Virus record (IMG/VR): IMGVR_UViG_3300032297_000368
Span: 1-64,000 of that record
DNA length: 64,000 nucleotides
Strand: one strand, 5' to 3'
Source: a virus
A model generated the notes under the pieces. That model was not told where the DNA came from. It was given only the letters and a program-made list of their open reading frames with translations, and did no database searches. The position numbers and the translations under genes were made by a program. Positions 8,892-17,996 of the stretch are shown here, one piece after another; the first letter of the stretch is position 1, and each line of letters starts with the position of its first letter.

Positions 8892-9130
8892 GAAATTCTA
8901 TCACGAAGTTTTATGCCTACCCATGTACCACAAAAAGCACCTAAACAGGCAGGAATTAATAACCAATGATTGGCAGTGTATTCAATGACAGCAAAACTGG
9001 CAACCAACCACATAGCAGCACCCCAAAAACTGGCTTTCAAAGCACTACTCTCAGTCACAGATTTTAGGTAATATACGTAAAATATATCAACAAAAAATAT
9101 GGCAATGAAAGTAAAAATAAACTCAAACAT
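8888..9130 (-). CDS. small 3-TM membrane protein
   Basis: Three hydrophobic segments, GAFCGTWVG. Confidence 0.7.
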   Translation of the reverse strand: MFEFIFTFIAIFFVDIFYVYYLKSVTESSALKASFWGAAMWLVASFAVIEYTANHWLLIPACLGAFCGTWVGIKLRDRIS

Positions 9131-9144
9131 AACAACTCCAATAA

Positions 9145-9218
9145 TGGTGCCCTTTGACAGAATTGAACTGCCAATTGATGATTACAAATCAACCGTTATA
9201 CCATTTAACTAAAAGGGC
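9145..9218 (-). tRNA. tRNA-Thr(UGU)
   Basis: GCCCTTT/AAAGGGC acceptor stem, D arm GTTA/TAAC, anticodon loop TT-TGT-AA, T arm GGCAG-TTCAATT-CTGTC, encoded CCA. Confidence 0.92.
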
Positions 9219-9227
9219 TATAAACTA

Positions 9228-9827
9228 CTACTTAATTTTTTCCGAATTGTAGTGCAACCATCCTGTTACTATGTATTTCTCTTGATTAGATGGTATGCCT
9301 CTATGAGTAAATGTCCAATCACAACCCCAAATCAAAGTCAGTCCTTTCTCAGGCTTTACTTTGACACCTTGATGAAGAAATTCAGTTTCTCCATCCATAT
9401 ACACATCATTTAAATATGTCATGAATACTAAATGCCTTGCACTAAGAGGAAATTCATCTGTACCTCTTTCAGTGTGCCATTTAAAATATCCACCATTCGG
9501 CGGATAATACTGAATTTTAGTAACTTCTCTATCTAAAAATGGTGAATACTTATTACATGCTGGATACTTCTTTATGTACTCATCAACAACAGGTGACAAT
9601 TGAGCATAATATTTTTTCAACATAAAATCGCTGTTGTTTAAAAATAATTCTCTAGATATTTTTACCGAAGTATCTACAGTTGCTCCTTTGTTTGGTATAT
9701 TAACCTCACCATCAAAAACATCGGGAGATTGTTTCATATAATCAATAATTTCATCACAAAATTTAGTATCGTCAGCATACCAACCACAGATAAAATTATT
9801 TAAACTATTGACACCATGTTCTCTCAT
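9228..9827 (-). CDS. 2OG-Fe(II) oxygenase, prolyl-4-hydroxylase-like
   Basis: WHTE...LVFMTYLNDV..GETEF...FTHRG...KYIVTGW. Confidence 0.85.
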   Translation of the reverse strand: MREHGVNSLNNFICGWYADDTKFCDEIIDYMKQSPDVFDGEVNIPNKGATVDTSVKISRELFLNNSDFMLKKYYAQLSPVVDEYIKKYPACNKYSPFLDREVTKIQYYPPNGGYFKWHTERGTDEFPLSARHLVFMTYLNDVYMDGETEFLHQGVKVKPEKGLTLIWGCDWTFTHRGIPSNQEKYIVTGWLHYNSEKIK

Positions 9828-9845
9828 ATTATTTAATCAAATAGA

Positions 9846-10568
9846 TTATAAACTATTACTCAATATCTTATCAGCAACAACTTCTACCACGTGTCGATTC
9901 TTATAACCTAAGAACACAACAGTATATTCATTATCATCCTTCTTAACAAACATTACAAGACATTTGCCAGCAGGACTTGTAGTGCCTGTTTTAGATATTT
10001 CTATCGTATCGAATTTCTGTAGCAATGCCTTATTGGTATTATTAATTTGCGCCTTCTTTATATTGTACACACTTGTTGATGTAATTTTTCTTATTATATC
10101 ATAAGTGTACGCATGAAACAATAGTATAGACAAATCTTTTGCCGTACTAACATTATGTTCACCTATACCTGAAGGATCAACAAAATTTGTTTCTCTCATA
10201 TTTAAAACCTTGGCAATGATATTCATTTCTGCTATGAATTTATCTCTACCACCAATGTGATTCTTTGCCAATATTTCTGCCGCTTTGTTATTACTTTTCA
10301 CTAACATCAAGGTCAATAACTGTTCTCTTGTTGCCTTCTTACGGAAGAACGGTATGCCACCAACAATTAATTCTTCATCTAATGGCGCACCGCTCTGTAT
10401 CACCGTAATTGCCGTCATTAATTTAGTTACACTGGCAATTGGCCTCACATACGAGGCATTCTCTTCTATTACTACTCTATCTTTCGTTATATTGTAAACG
10501 TATGTTGTCTCCGCAAAAGATAATTCACTAACTGCCAATAATATAATAAGGGTTAAAGCTCTTATCAT
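9846..10568 (-). CDS. peptidase S11 D-Ala-D-Ala carboxy/endopeptidase (PBP7/DacC-like)
   Basis: Signal peptide; catalytic SxxK (ASVTK), SxN (SNN) and KTG motifs. Confidence 0.88.
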   Translation of the reverse strand: MIRALTLIILLAVSELSFAETTYVYNITKDRVVIEENASYVRPIASVTKLMTAITVIQSGAPLDEELIVGGIPFFRKKATREQLLTLMLVKSNNKAAEILAKNHIGGRDKFIAEMNIIAKVLNMRETNFVDPSGIGEHNVSTAKDLSILLFHAYTYDIIRKITSTSVYNIKKAQINNTNKALLQKFDTIEISKTGTTSPAGKCLVMFVKKDDNEYTVVFLGYKNRHVVEVVADKILSNSL

Positions 10569-10591
10569 ATTACTCCTATTTTACTACAGTA

Positions 10592-10855
10592 CTATGTTTC
10601 CTGTAATTTTACTTGATTAAATCGTTTCTCTTGTATGGTTATTTCACCATCCGCCTTTCGAGGATTCATACACATGTAGCAATGAGGTTCACCACAATTC
10701 AGAATATGCTTCTTATGATTCCTATGTGGTTGATCGATATATTTCCACTTACTATCTGCATGATACGCTTTTGCTATATTCACCTGCTTTTTTATTTTTG
10801 TTTCAGTGTCATGAATACGTTTTGAATGTTTCAACTTATGATCTTCATGTGACAT
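10592..10855 (-). CDS. basic His/Cys-containing hypothetical protein
   Basis: CGEPHCYMCMNPR; AAGGAG SD. Confidence 0.65.
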   Translation of the reverse strand: MSHEDHKLKHSKRIHDTETKIKKQVNIAKAYHADSKWKYIDQPHRNHKKHILNCGEPHCYMCMNPRKADGEITIQEKRFNQVKLQET

Positions 10856-10869
10856 AGCATCTCCTTTGG

Positions 10870-11433
10870 TTATCTGAGGAGCATTGGCTGCTCCTTATCT
10901 ACAGCATGGTACAACAAATCAATCGTTTTTGCAAAATCTCCTTGATGAAAAATAGCAATACCGCCAGCAACAACCCACTCTTGAACGTTTGATGGTTTAT
11001 CATCGATCAAGATATCACCAGCAGTTTTAAACCACTTTTGTTTATCTCTCGAAAAGGGGCCGAAATTAATAGGTACACCTGGAAAATGCCTAGCCAACCA
11101 AGCAGTTTTATCGTCACGTGCTGTTGGCATTGTACTTTCACGTGGCAGTGCAGTTAAAAACTCCACATCAAAACGAGTAGAGAATGAAAGTGCAGCTGCA
11201 ACTAATAGTTCTGAATCCTCGATCATATCTAATTGATCGTAAAAATTAGGTATTGCTGCGACTTGTGCCCATTCTGTTGATGTTAAATCAGATACACCCC
11301 AACCGATTTTACGGCCGAGCAGATTCGATACGAACTTATCAAAGTCCGCAACTACACCATCCATATCAATATAAATCTTTTTCACATCATCTCCAATCAT
11401 CATCAACTGATTGCCAGTGGTCGCCACCAACAA
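10870..11433 (-). CDS. 5'(3')-deoxyribonucleotidase (NT5C, HAD); true start probably GTG near 11385
   Basis: IYIDMDGVVADF, LTA, ILIDD motifs. Confidence 0.85.
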   Translation of the reverse strand: MLVATTGNQLMMIGDDVKKIYIDMDGVVADFDKFVSNLLGRKIGWGVSDLTSTEWAQVAAIPNFYDQLDMIEDSELLVAAALSFSTRFDVEFLTALPRESTMPTARDDKTAWLARHFPGVPINFGPFSRDKQKWFKTAGDILIDDKPSNVQEWVVAGGIAIFHQGDFAKTIDLLYHAVDKEQPMLLR

Positions 11434-11737
11434 TAAAATCTTTTTCTGTATTTACGAATATTCTATCAAAGTCTGGTATTTGTATATCATAATCTTCTGA
11501 AGTTAATGATTCTACTTCTGCACCTTGACGTAATAATACCGCATTCTTAGTAAACCTTTTTGTCTGAGCAATTGCCTCAGGTGTTAAGTGATGTTCTTTC
11601 ATTTTTTGACTACGAACTTTTTTGTCCTCGTCACTATGAACTCTCACGTTACCGCAAGAGGCAGAGCAATATTGGCCACGTTTACGGTGTAAAGTACCGC
11701 AACGTGGACATTCTTTTTCTCTATAAACACCAGCCAA
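11387..11737 (-). CDS. zinc-ribbon protein
   Basis: CPRC...YCSASC. Confidence 0.65.
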   Translation of the reverse strand: MAGVYREKECPRCGTLHRKRGQYCSASCGNVRVHSDEDKKVRSQKMKEHHLTPEAIAQTKRFTKNAVLLRQGAEVESLTSEDYDIQIPDFDRIFVNTEKDFIVGGDHWQSVDDDWR

Positions 11738-11756
11738 TTACCGACTCCAGATAATA

Positions 11757-11784
11757 ATTATAACATAGACAAGGAATAAGTCAA
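11757..11784 (-). promoter_or_regulatory. early promoter TTGACT-N16-TATAAT with extended -10 TG
   Basis: TTGACTTATTCCTTGTCTATGTTATAAT. Confidence 0.7.
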
Positions 11785-11804
11785 CCTTGTCATTCTGTTA
11801 ATAT

Positions 11805-12065
11805 TTATTGCAACTCTGATAACATTCTGGAAGGGTCTAAGGATGTGATAAAATTGATTTGATTACAGGCTTCAGTCTCACCATCACAATAACGAACCAC
11901 AGTCTGTCCTGTATAGCTGGATACGAAAGTGAGTAGTACGTAATGGTCTTCAAGAACTGAAAACTTTACGTACCACCCATTTCTTTTAACAGTATCCCAT
12001 GATTTGAGATTACTTCTTGTTTCCATAAACTTCCGGCATTTTAAAGTCAATTGCTTCTTTTGCAT
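11805..12065 (-). CDS. hypothetical protein (start probably METRS at ~12026)
   Basis: ORF track. Confidence 0.6.
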   Translation of the reverse strand: MQKKQLTLKCRKFMETRSNLKSWDTVKRNGWYVKFSVLEDHYVLLTFVSSYTGQTVVRYCDGETEACNQINFITSLDPSRMLSELQ

Positions 12066-12261
12066 GATGTCCTAACCCCACTACAAATTTTTCTGCTTCT
12101 TTTGTATATGTAGTAAAAAAGGAATATGTAGCATGATCTAGTGCTTTGGTGTAACTCTTATAACCTTCAACTTTAAGGTCTACAAAGGCCTTTAGAAAAT
12201 CTTTTTGACGTTTTACAACTTCGTCCATCGTTGGTGTTGGTGCGTATGGATACATTAACAT
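12010..12261 (-). CDS. putative phasin-like amphipathic helical protein
   Basis: Small all-helical amphipathic protein; AAGGAG SD; TGTTGCAATGCAAT box upstream. Confidence 0.45.
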   Translation of the reverse strand: MLMYPYAPTPTMDEVVKRQKDFLKAFVDLKVEGYKSYTKALDHATYSFFTTYTKEAEKFVVGLGHHAKEAIDFKMPEVYGNKK

Positions 12262-12318
12262 AATAATCTCCTTAAAAATATATAATCTATTTAGTATATT
12301 TTATATTGCATTGCAACA

Positions 12319-12738
12319 TTAGTCAAGATTAAATGCATCTTTGAGACTCAAGTTTGCCTTACGTATCTTACACGACACCCATTGATTATAGTAGGATGGA
12401 TTTAGAAGTGCATGGCGACTGAATATCTCCCATGTTTCCCAATAGGCACATTCTGATCTAGTCTTGCATAGGTGTAATATTTCTCTCACATACTCATCTT
12501 CTTTACCTTTAACTTCTTCAGCCAATTCAGCATTAGAACCATAATAGTCCAACCAATCAGATTGTACTCTGATCTTTTTCTTCTTACCTTTTACTTGTTT
12601 TGTTTTAGATTTGGTGAAGAACTTCTTACCAATGTATCTACGACCAGTGGATGAATGAGTTATTAAGTAAACGAATCCAAAATAACCTTCAGCATCCTCT
12701 GGTGTAAACTCTTGAGCTGTATTATAAAAATACCACAT
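12319..12738 (-). CDS. GIY-YIG endonuclease (T4 DenA/EndoII-like)
   Basis: GFVY...RYIGKK, YYGS, REIL motifs. Confidence 0.75.
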   Translation of the reverse strand: MWYFYNTAQEFTPEDAEGYFGFVYLITHSSTGRRYIGKKFFTKSKTKQVKGKKKKIRVQSDWLDYYGSNAELAEEVKGKEDEYVREILHLCKTRSECAYWETWEIFSRHALLNPSYYNQWVSCKIRKANLSLKDAFNLD

Positions 12739-13484
12739 TACCAGCTCTTCGATTTCTCGATAGCTGTATCTTTTAATGTAGGGTTAAAATTAATACCACT
12801 AACCATTTCAACTTCAGCAATCGTCACTTGATACTTAGGTAAATCTTGTACTGGCAGGTTACTATTAGGGAAAATATAGGCACTGGCCTTATTATTATTC
12901 ACATCAATAATAACTTTATACAATTTAGTAGGCACACCAACTTTATTGGCACCAATAGTTTTGTAATCTTTATCGTAGATTGGACCGGACACTACGTAAA
13001 GGTCGCCGGTGTTTAGAACGTAGTCTCGAACTTTAGTCTCCAACTGTTTCCAAATCCCCCTATTGTTATTTTGATTTTGTGGAACCATATTGGATAGAAA
13101 AAACGACTCACTCATCACGGCAGCTGACTGAGTATTGTCGCCAGCTGGTGATAAGTGTCCTCTGTCATATGGATGTCCTGCATAATCGGAAAGTAAACTT
13201 TGGTTTTGTTTTGGTATTGCTGGGTCTGGTCTAAAATCATCTTTACGTTTTGCAGTGCCTGTAATAGATTCTTTGGTTACATGTTCTAATACATAAGAGG
13301 CTGTTTTAGTTTTGTTATTATATTGCAGTGCATAGTTTAACTTACATAGATATTGCACATCAGATTCCAATAATGAACTAATTGGCGCACCATAAGGTGC
13401 AAATTGTGGACAATTATCATCAATTGGATTTGCAAAAGCATTTACACATAGTAATAGAGCAGCAATTGTTATTTTTATTTTCAT
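12738..13484 (-). CDS. secreted DNA/RNA non-specific endonuclease (NucA/EndoG family)
   Basis: Signal peptide (AFA|); DRGH motif; SNMVPQ...NNRGIW..LE. Confidence 0.9.
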   Translation of the reverse strand: MKIKITIAALLLCVNAFANPIDDNCPQFAPYGAPISSLLESDVQYLCKLNYALQYNNKTKTASYVLEHVTKESITGTAKRKDDFRPDPAIPKQNQSLLSDYAGHPYDRGHLSPAGDNTQSAAVMSESFFLSNMVPQNQNNNRGIWKQLETKVRDYVLNTGDLYVVSGPIYDKDYKTIGANKVGVPTKLYKVIIDVNNNKASAYIFPNSNLPVQDLPKYQVTIAEVEMVSGINFNPTLKDTAIEKSKSW

Positions 13485-13942
13485 ACTGAGTCCTTACATA
13501 AGAGGTTATATACATCGTTTCTTGCGGTATTTTTAGTCAATACTTCTACTAGATAAGTGCCAGGTTCAAATGCATTATAAAATATAATTACACCATTTTT
13601 ATCAGTGTAAAATTCTCCAGATAAAGATACAATTGCATTATCACACATTAGAACGCCGTTAGTGTATATTCTTGCTGTAATGCCTTCTATTCCCGCAAAT
13701 CTGCGTGGTGGTTTTAGAATAGTTACAGAATGTAGTAAATATATGGATTTTTTCTCTTTTGTGAGAGATTTATCTATAAGTAAATCGAATCCTGCGGTAT
13801 CGGATACTAGTAGCCAGTCTTCTGGATTATGAATGATGGTTTGCGTACCATCTTTATTTCTAAGAAAATCTAATTCGAAATCTCCAGCCATAGTAGGCAG
13901 AGATAGTAATGCGGTTAAAAGAACAGTGAATAGGTGTTTCAT
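13481..13942 (-). CDS. secreted/periplasmic hypothetical protein
   Basis: Signal peptide; GGAGG SD; CTAAATA upstream (13962-13968). Confidence 0.7.
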   Translation of the reverse strand: MKHLFTVLLTALLSLPTMAGDFELDFLRNKDGTQTIIHNPEDWLLVSDTAGFDLLIDKSLTKEKKSIYLLHSVTILKPPRRFAGIEGITARIYTNGVLMCDNAIVSLSGEFYTDKNGVIIFYNAFEPGTYLVEVLTKNTARNDVYNLLCKDSV

Positions 13943-13964
13943 GTGCCACCTCCAAAAAACCTAT

Positions 13965-14678
13965 TTAGTTCCAATATTTCGAATAATCCTTTTTATTCCA
14001 ATACTCTGCATTATTACGATTTAAGAAGTTTTCAATCAAATACAATGCCATACCAAAGTACCCCATTCTCTGAAATCTTCTACTATCTTGGCCTAGGTAA
14101 TGATTAACTATTTTAAACTTCTTGACATCATACATCTTAGATAAGAAAAAATCTTCACTTGTACCGAACTTGGCTGGAAATCCTCCAAACTCTTCAAATT
14201 TTGATCTTTTAGTCAACATGTATGCACCAACAGCAAATGGTACCCAATACTTCATTAGATTGTTTATTGCATTGAATAACATGAATCCTATCTTTGCTCT
14301 GATATCGTCATCATAACATTTTAGATTTAAACCAATCAAGTCCAAATCATGATCTTCTAATTCTTTGATCGTGTCAGCAATAACTGTATTGGAGAAGAAT
14401 CTTACATCACTGTCAATGAATAGTATGTATGGTGTCTTGACAAGTTTTGCACCATTGTTCTTTGCAATACTAACCGGACCGCCATCGATGATTTCTATGT
14501 TTAATTTGCCTCGATAAGCTTCAATAACTCCACGAGTATCATCAGTGGATGCATCGGCAATAATAATTCTAGTGTCGCCAATATTTTGGTTTCTTAGATT
14601 ATCTAACAAGTGGTGAATGTATTCTTCTTCATTTTTGCAGGGAATAACAATCGTAATTTTGTCACTGATCTTCTTCAT
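13965..14678 (-). CDS. glycosyltransferase family 2
   Basis: IVIPCKNEE, IADASTDDT, LFIDSD (DxD), FGGF...SED, SRR. Confidence 0.9.
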   Translation of the reverse strand: MKKISDKITIVIPCKNEEEYIHHLLDNLRNQNIGDTRIIIADASTDDTRGVIEAYRGKLNIEIIDGGPVSIAKNNGAKLVKTPYILFIDSDVRFFSNTVIADTIKELEDHDLDLIGLNLKCYDDDIRAKIGFMLFNAINNLMKYWVPFAVGAYMLTKRSKFEEFGGFPAKFGTSEDFFLSKMYDVKKFKIVNHYLGQDSRRFQRMGYFGMALYLIENFLNRNNAEYWNKKDYSKYWN

Positions 14679-15432
14679 TTTTGTCTTTTTCCTGTGTCCA
14701 AGTTACTATCTGCCATGTTCCGTCATGATGTTCTACTAGTGCTGTACAACTTTCAACCCAATCTCCATCATTCATATAAACTACACCATCTATTTCTTTA
14801 ATCTCTGCATGATGTATGTGACCACATATTACACCATCAAAGCCACGCTTGCTGCAATAGCCAGCAAGGTTACGCTCAAACTGAAACATAAAGTCAATGG
14901 CTTTTTTAACTTTATGCTTGAGATACTTAGATAAACTCCAATAACCAAAACCCATCCTATGACGTAACCAATTATACTTGCTGTTAATACTGAGAACAAA
15001 GTCATATGCTTTATCTCCTAGAAAACTAAGCCAAGGTGCTAATCGTGTTATACCATCAAATAGATCACCATGCACTACTAGGTAATGTTTGCCATCAGCA
15101 CCAATATGTTCAGTTTGATTAACAACTTCAATCAAACCAAAGCCGATACCATACGGAATAAGTGGACGTAAGAATTCATCATGATTACCTGCGACATAGA
15201 CTACTTTGGTGCCACGTTTAGCGTGACCCATAATTCTACGCACCACATTAGTGTGACTTTGCTTCCAACGCCATTTGTTTTGTTGAATTTTCCATGCATC
15301 TATTATATCTCCTACAAGATATAGAGTTTCGCATGTATTGTGTTTGAGAAAATTATTTAATTGTTCAGCTTTGCAGTCTTTAGTGCCGAGATGAATATCA
15401 CTTATAAAAATAGAGCGATAAGTTTTTTGCAT
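14662..15432 (-). CDS. COG2908 metallophosphoesterase, PlcP-type phospholipase C / LpxH-like
   Basis: SDIHLG, GDIID, GNHD, HGD, GHIH, NDGDWVES motifs; W-x-W-x-Q-x-H and GYWSLS segments as in PlcP-type proteins. Confidence 0.85.
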   Translation of the reverse strand: MQKTYRSIFISDIHLGTKDCKAEQLNNFLKHNTCETLYLVGDIIDAWKIQQNKWRWKQSHTNVVRRIMGHAKRGTKVVYVAGNHDEFLRPLIPYGIGFGLIEVVNQTEHIGADGKHYLVVHGDLFDGITRLAPWLSFLGDKAYDFVLSINSKYNWLRHRMGFGYWSLSKYLKHKVKKAIDFMFQFERNLAGYCSKRGFDGVICGHIHHAEIKEIDGVVYMNDGDWVESCTALVEHHDGTWQIVTWTQEKDKNEEDQ

Positions 15433-15488
15433 TGAAGTATCCGGTTACGGATCCGGAGTCATCATATTATTATGACCGATTTTTTAGA

Positions 15489-16061
15489 TTAGAATGAACG
15501 GTTGTAAGATAAACGCCAAGAGTTTTTCTCTTCGGCTGAATCACCATATACTTGACTGTAACGTACAGCAACGGTATCTTTATCAGTAATAGCATAAGCA
15601 ACTGCTACATGACCACGTGTACCTTGATATAAATTTACAGTATCAAAAGCATTACGATAACGACCACCAATATCACCACTCAAAGCACCTGCGATTGGAA
15701 ACTTAGTACCAAAATCTACAGCATAATGTGCAAAATGGTTGGTTGATGTGATCTTTTCACCTAAACGTACACCAACATAAGGCTTTAACGAAGCAACTTC
15801 GAAAGACTTACGAACACGAACTTCAACACCTTCGGTAATAGAACCTGAACCGATATCTGTTTGACTACCTTCTAATTTCAAACTGTAGTCCCACTTGTCT
15901 TGAGTCTTGAAACCAGCAACGATAGCACGTTTAGTGTTATCTGCTTTGGTGTTACGATTTTGTTCTTGGTAATATTGTAATTCAGCGTAACCTTTAACAT
16001 CAGCAACTGCTACACCACAAATCATCAACAACGATACTGCTACGAGTTTAACAAACTTCAT
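15489..16061 (-). CDS. outer-membrane beta-barrel protein
   Basis: Signal peptide (AVA|), alternating beta strands, C-terminal beta-signal (SYNRSF). Confidence 0.8.
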   Translation of the reverse strand: MKFVKLVAVSLLMICGVAVADVKGYAELQYYQEQNRNTKADNTKRAIVAGFKTQDKWDYSLKLEGSQTDIGSGSITEGVEVRVRKSFEVASLKPYVGVRLGEKITSTNHFAHYAVDFGTKFPIAGALSGDIGGRYRNAFDTVNLYQGTRGHVAVAYAITDKDTVAVRYSQVYGDSAEEKNSWRLSYNRSF

Positions 16062-16123
16062 ACACTTCTCCTATAAAAAAAAATCAACTACACTTATTTA
16101 TGGTTGTAACACAAACGTCACAA

Positions 16124-16750
16124 TCATTCATACATTACTGTATTCGTATCACCTAGAGCCCATTTAGAATTAGTTTCGACCGACCATCTTTTTGTTGCCA
16201 CTTTAAAATCAGGCATTTTTAATTCTTTAGGATTACTACTAGGTTCTAATATTATTAACCTATTATTTGGTTGAGCAGCAAACTGCCCATTATCACACAT
16301 GATAAAATTGTATGATTTATGGTCTTCAATATCTTCAGAAAATCCAGTATCAATTATATTGAAATCTGGATGAGCCGAATCGACCGTAAACATATAGACA
16401 CCTTGTTGCCAACCACCACTCTTCAACTTAAATTTACAACTCATCGATTGTAACTGAGATTTTTTCAATACAGTTATATCATATGATAAACAGTCCCACA
16501 ATTGCAAGTAATCTAGTGGTAATGGTTCACCTTCGATTGGTTTCCAGCAAAATGCATGTAATGGTAATTTATCATACAATGCACCATATTCATTTAAATA
16601 TGCCTCAATACGAAATGCTTGGCCTCTTAATGATTTAATACTTACCCACCAACAAGGAACAAGTTCTCCATGTCCTTTTTGAAAGTCATAGAGAAATTCT
16701 TTTCGAACAAAACATTTTACTGGAGGTAAATTTGCAACGATATGTGCCAT
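16124..16750 (-). CDS. conserved T4-like phage hypothetical protein
   Basis: GALYDKLPLHAF, LQLWDC, NGQFAAQPNNR motifs. Confidence 0.75.
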   Translation of the reverse strand: MAHIVANLPPVKCFVRKEFLYDFQKGHGELVPCWWVSIKSLRGQAFRIEAYLNEYGALYDKLPLHAFCWKPIEGEPLPLDYLQLWDCLSYDITVLKKSQLQSMSCKFKLKSGGWQQGVYMFTVDSAHPDFNIIDTGFSEDIEDHKSYNFIMCDNGQFAAQPNNRLIILEPSSNPKELKMPDFKVATKRWSVETNSKWALGDTNTVMYE

Positions 16751-17740
16751 TTAAGCAGCCTTAGACCACACATCTTCCCATGTACCACTTAACGCACCTT
16801 TAGCATAATCAGTTGCACGATTTTCAAAGAAATTCGTATGTGTTGGTGCATTAATCATTTCTTCTACCCAAGGCAGAGGATTCTTTTTCACTTTAAATAT
16901 ACCTTTTAGACCAAGACTAATAAGACGGCGATCAGCAATATAACGAATATATCGCTTAACATCAGATTCACTAAGTCCTTGCATAGGCCCCATAGAAAAT
17001 GCCAAATCGATAAATTTTTCTTCGAGTTCAACCATTCTCTCTGCAATCGTATAGATTTTTCCTTTGAGGTCATCATTCCAAATTTCTTTATTTTCTTCGA
17101 CATATGTTCTGAATAGTTTAATCATTGATTCACAGTGCTGAGTTTCATCAACAATCGACCAAGTAACAATCTGTCCCATTCCCTTCATCTTACCGTGTCG
17201 AGGGAAATTAAGAAGCATAATAAAACTACTAAACAACTGCATACCCTCTGTAAATGCTGAGAAGCAGGCAATTTGTGTAGCAGTCGATTCTTTTGAAGAG
17301 GCCACTGTACTAACCTCTGTAATGTAATCATGTTTATCTTTCATCTGTTGGTATTCCATAAACTCTGCATACGTAGAATCTGGCATACCTAATGTTTCAA
17401 TCAAATGAGAATATGCTGCAACATGTAATGCTTCACGTGCTGCAAATCCCAATAACATCATACGAACTTCAGGTTGTTTGAATATTGGTAGATAGTTATT
17501 CACATAACCACCTGCAACGTCAACATCACCTTGAGTAAAGAATCTAAAAATGTTAGTTAAAAAATCTTTTTCAGATTCAGTTAATTTACTCTTCCAATCT
17601 TTTACATCTTCTGCCATTGGCACCTCAGTATGTAACCAATGTGATTGTTCATGTTTCAACCAAGCATCATATGCCCAAGGATAGTGAAACGGTTTAAAAC
17701 TTGTACGATCTTCTAACAAATTTGATTTTTTCTTACTCAT
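16751..17740 (-). CDS. nrdB: ribonucleotide reductase class Ia beta subunit
   Basis: FFTQGD, REALH...Y, FTEG..LFSSF, DETQH, NFFENRATDY. Confidence 0.95.
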   Translation of the reverse strand: MSKKKSNLLEDRTSFKPFHYPWAYDAWLKHEQSHWLHTEVPMAEDVKDWKSKLTESEKDFLTNIFRFFTQGDVDVAGGYVNNYLPIFKQPEVRMMLLGFAAREALHVAAYSHLIETLGMPDSTYAEFMEYQQMKDKHDYITEVSTVASSKESTATQIACFSAFTEGMQLFSSFIMLLNFPRHGKMKGMGQIVTWSIVDETQHCESMIKLFRTYVEENKEIWNDDLKGKIYTIAERMVELEEKFIDLAFSMGPMQGLSESDVKRYIRYIADRRLISLGLKGIFKVKKNPLPWVEEMINAPTHTNFFENRATDYAKGALSGTWEDVWSKAA

Positions 17741-17978
17741 TTATCCATGCCTCTAATTCTTGTTTTGATTTTGTACCAACCATCTTTTTCAATACTGTAT
17801 TATCTTCGACCATAATTAAAGTAGGAACTGATCTAATTCCATATTCAGAAGCAATTTCATTATGCACATCAATATCAATAACCTCAATAGGTAAATTTGT
17901 ATTGACTTGTTCTAATGTCATTGCTAAGGCCTTACATGGCGCACACCATGAGGCAGTAAATCTTAATACCTTTTTCAT
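17733..17978 (-). CDS. thioredoxin
   Basis: WCAPC active site, GIRSVPT. Confidence 0.92.
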   Translation of the reverse strand: MKKVLRFTASWCAPCKALAMTLEQVNTNLPIEVIDIDVHNEIASEYGIRSVPTLIMVEDNTVLKKMVGTKSKQELEAWINE

Positions 17979-17996
17979 TTACTCTCCGTTCTTTTC

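Noticed and set aside
9145-9218. tRNA read as Tyr(GUA)
   Set aside because: The 7-nt loop TTTGTAA centres on TGT and the variable arm is short, so Thr(UGU).
12319-12738. Mobile homing endonuclease
   Set aside because: Short GIY-YIG domain without NUMOD/HTH tail and no intron context; fits a DenA-like nuclease better.
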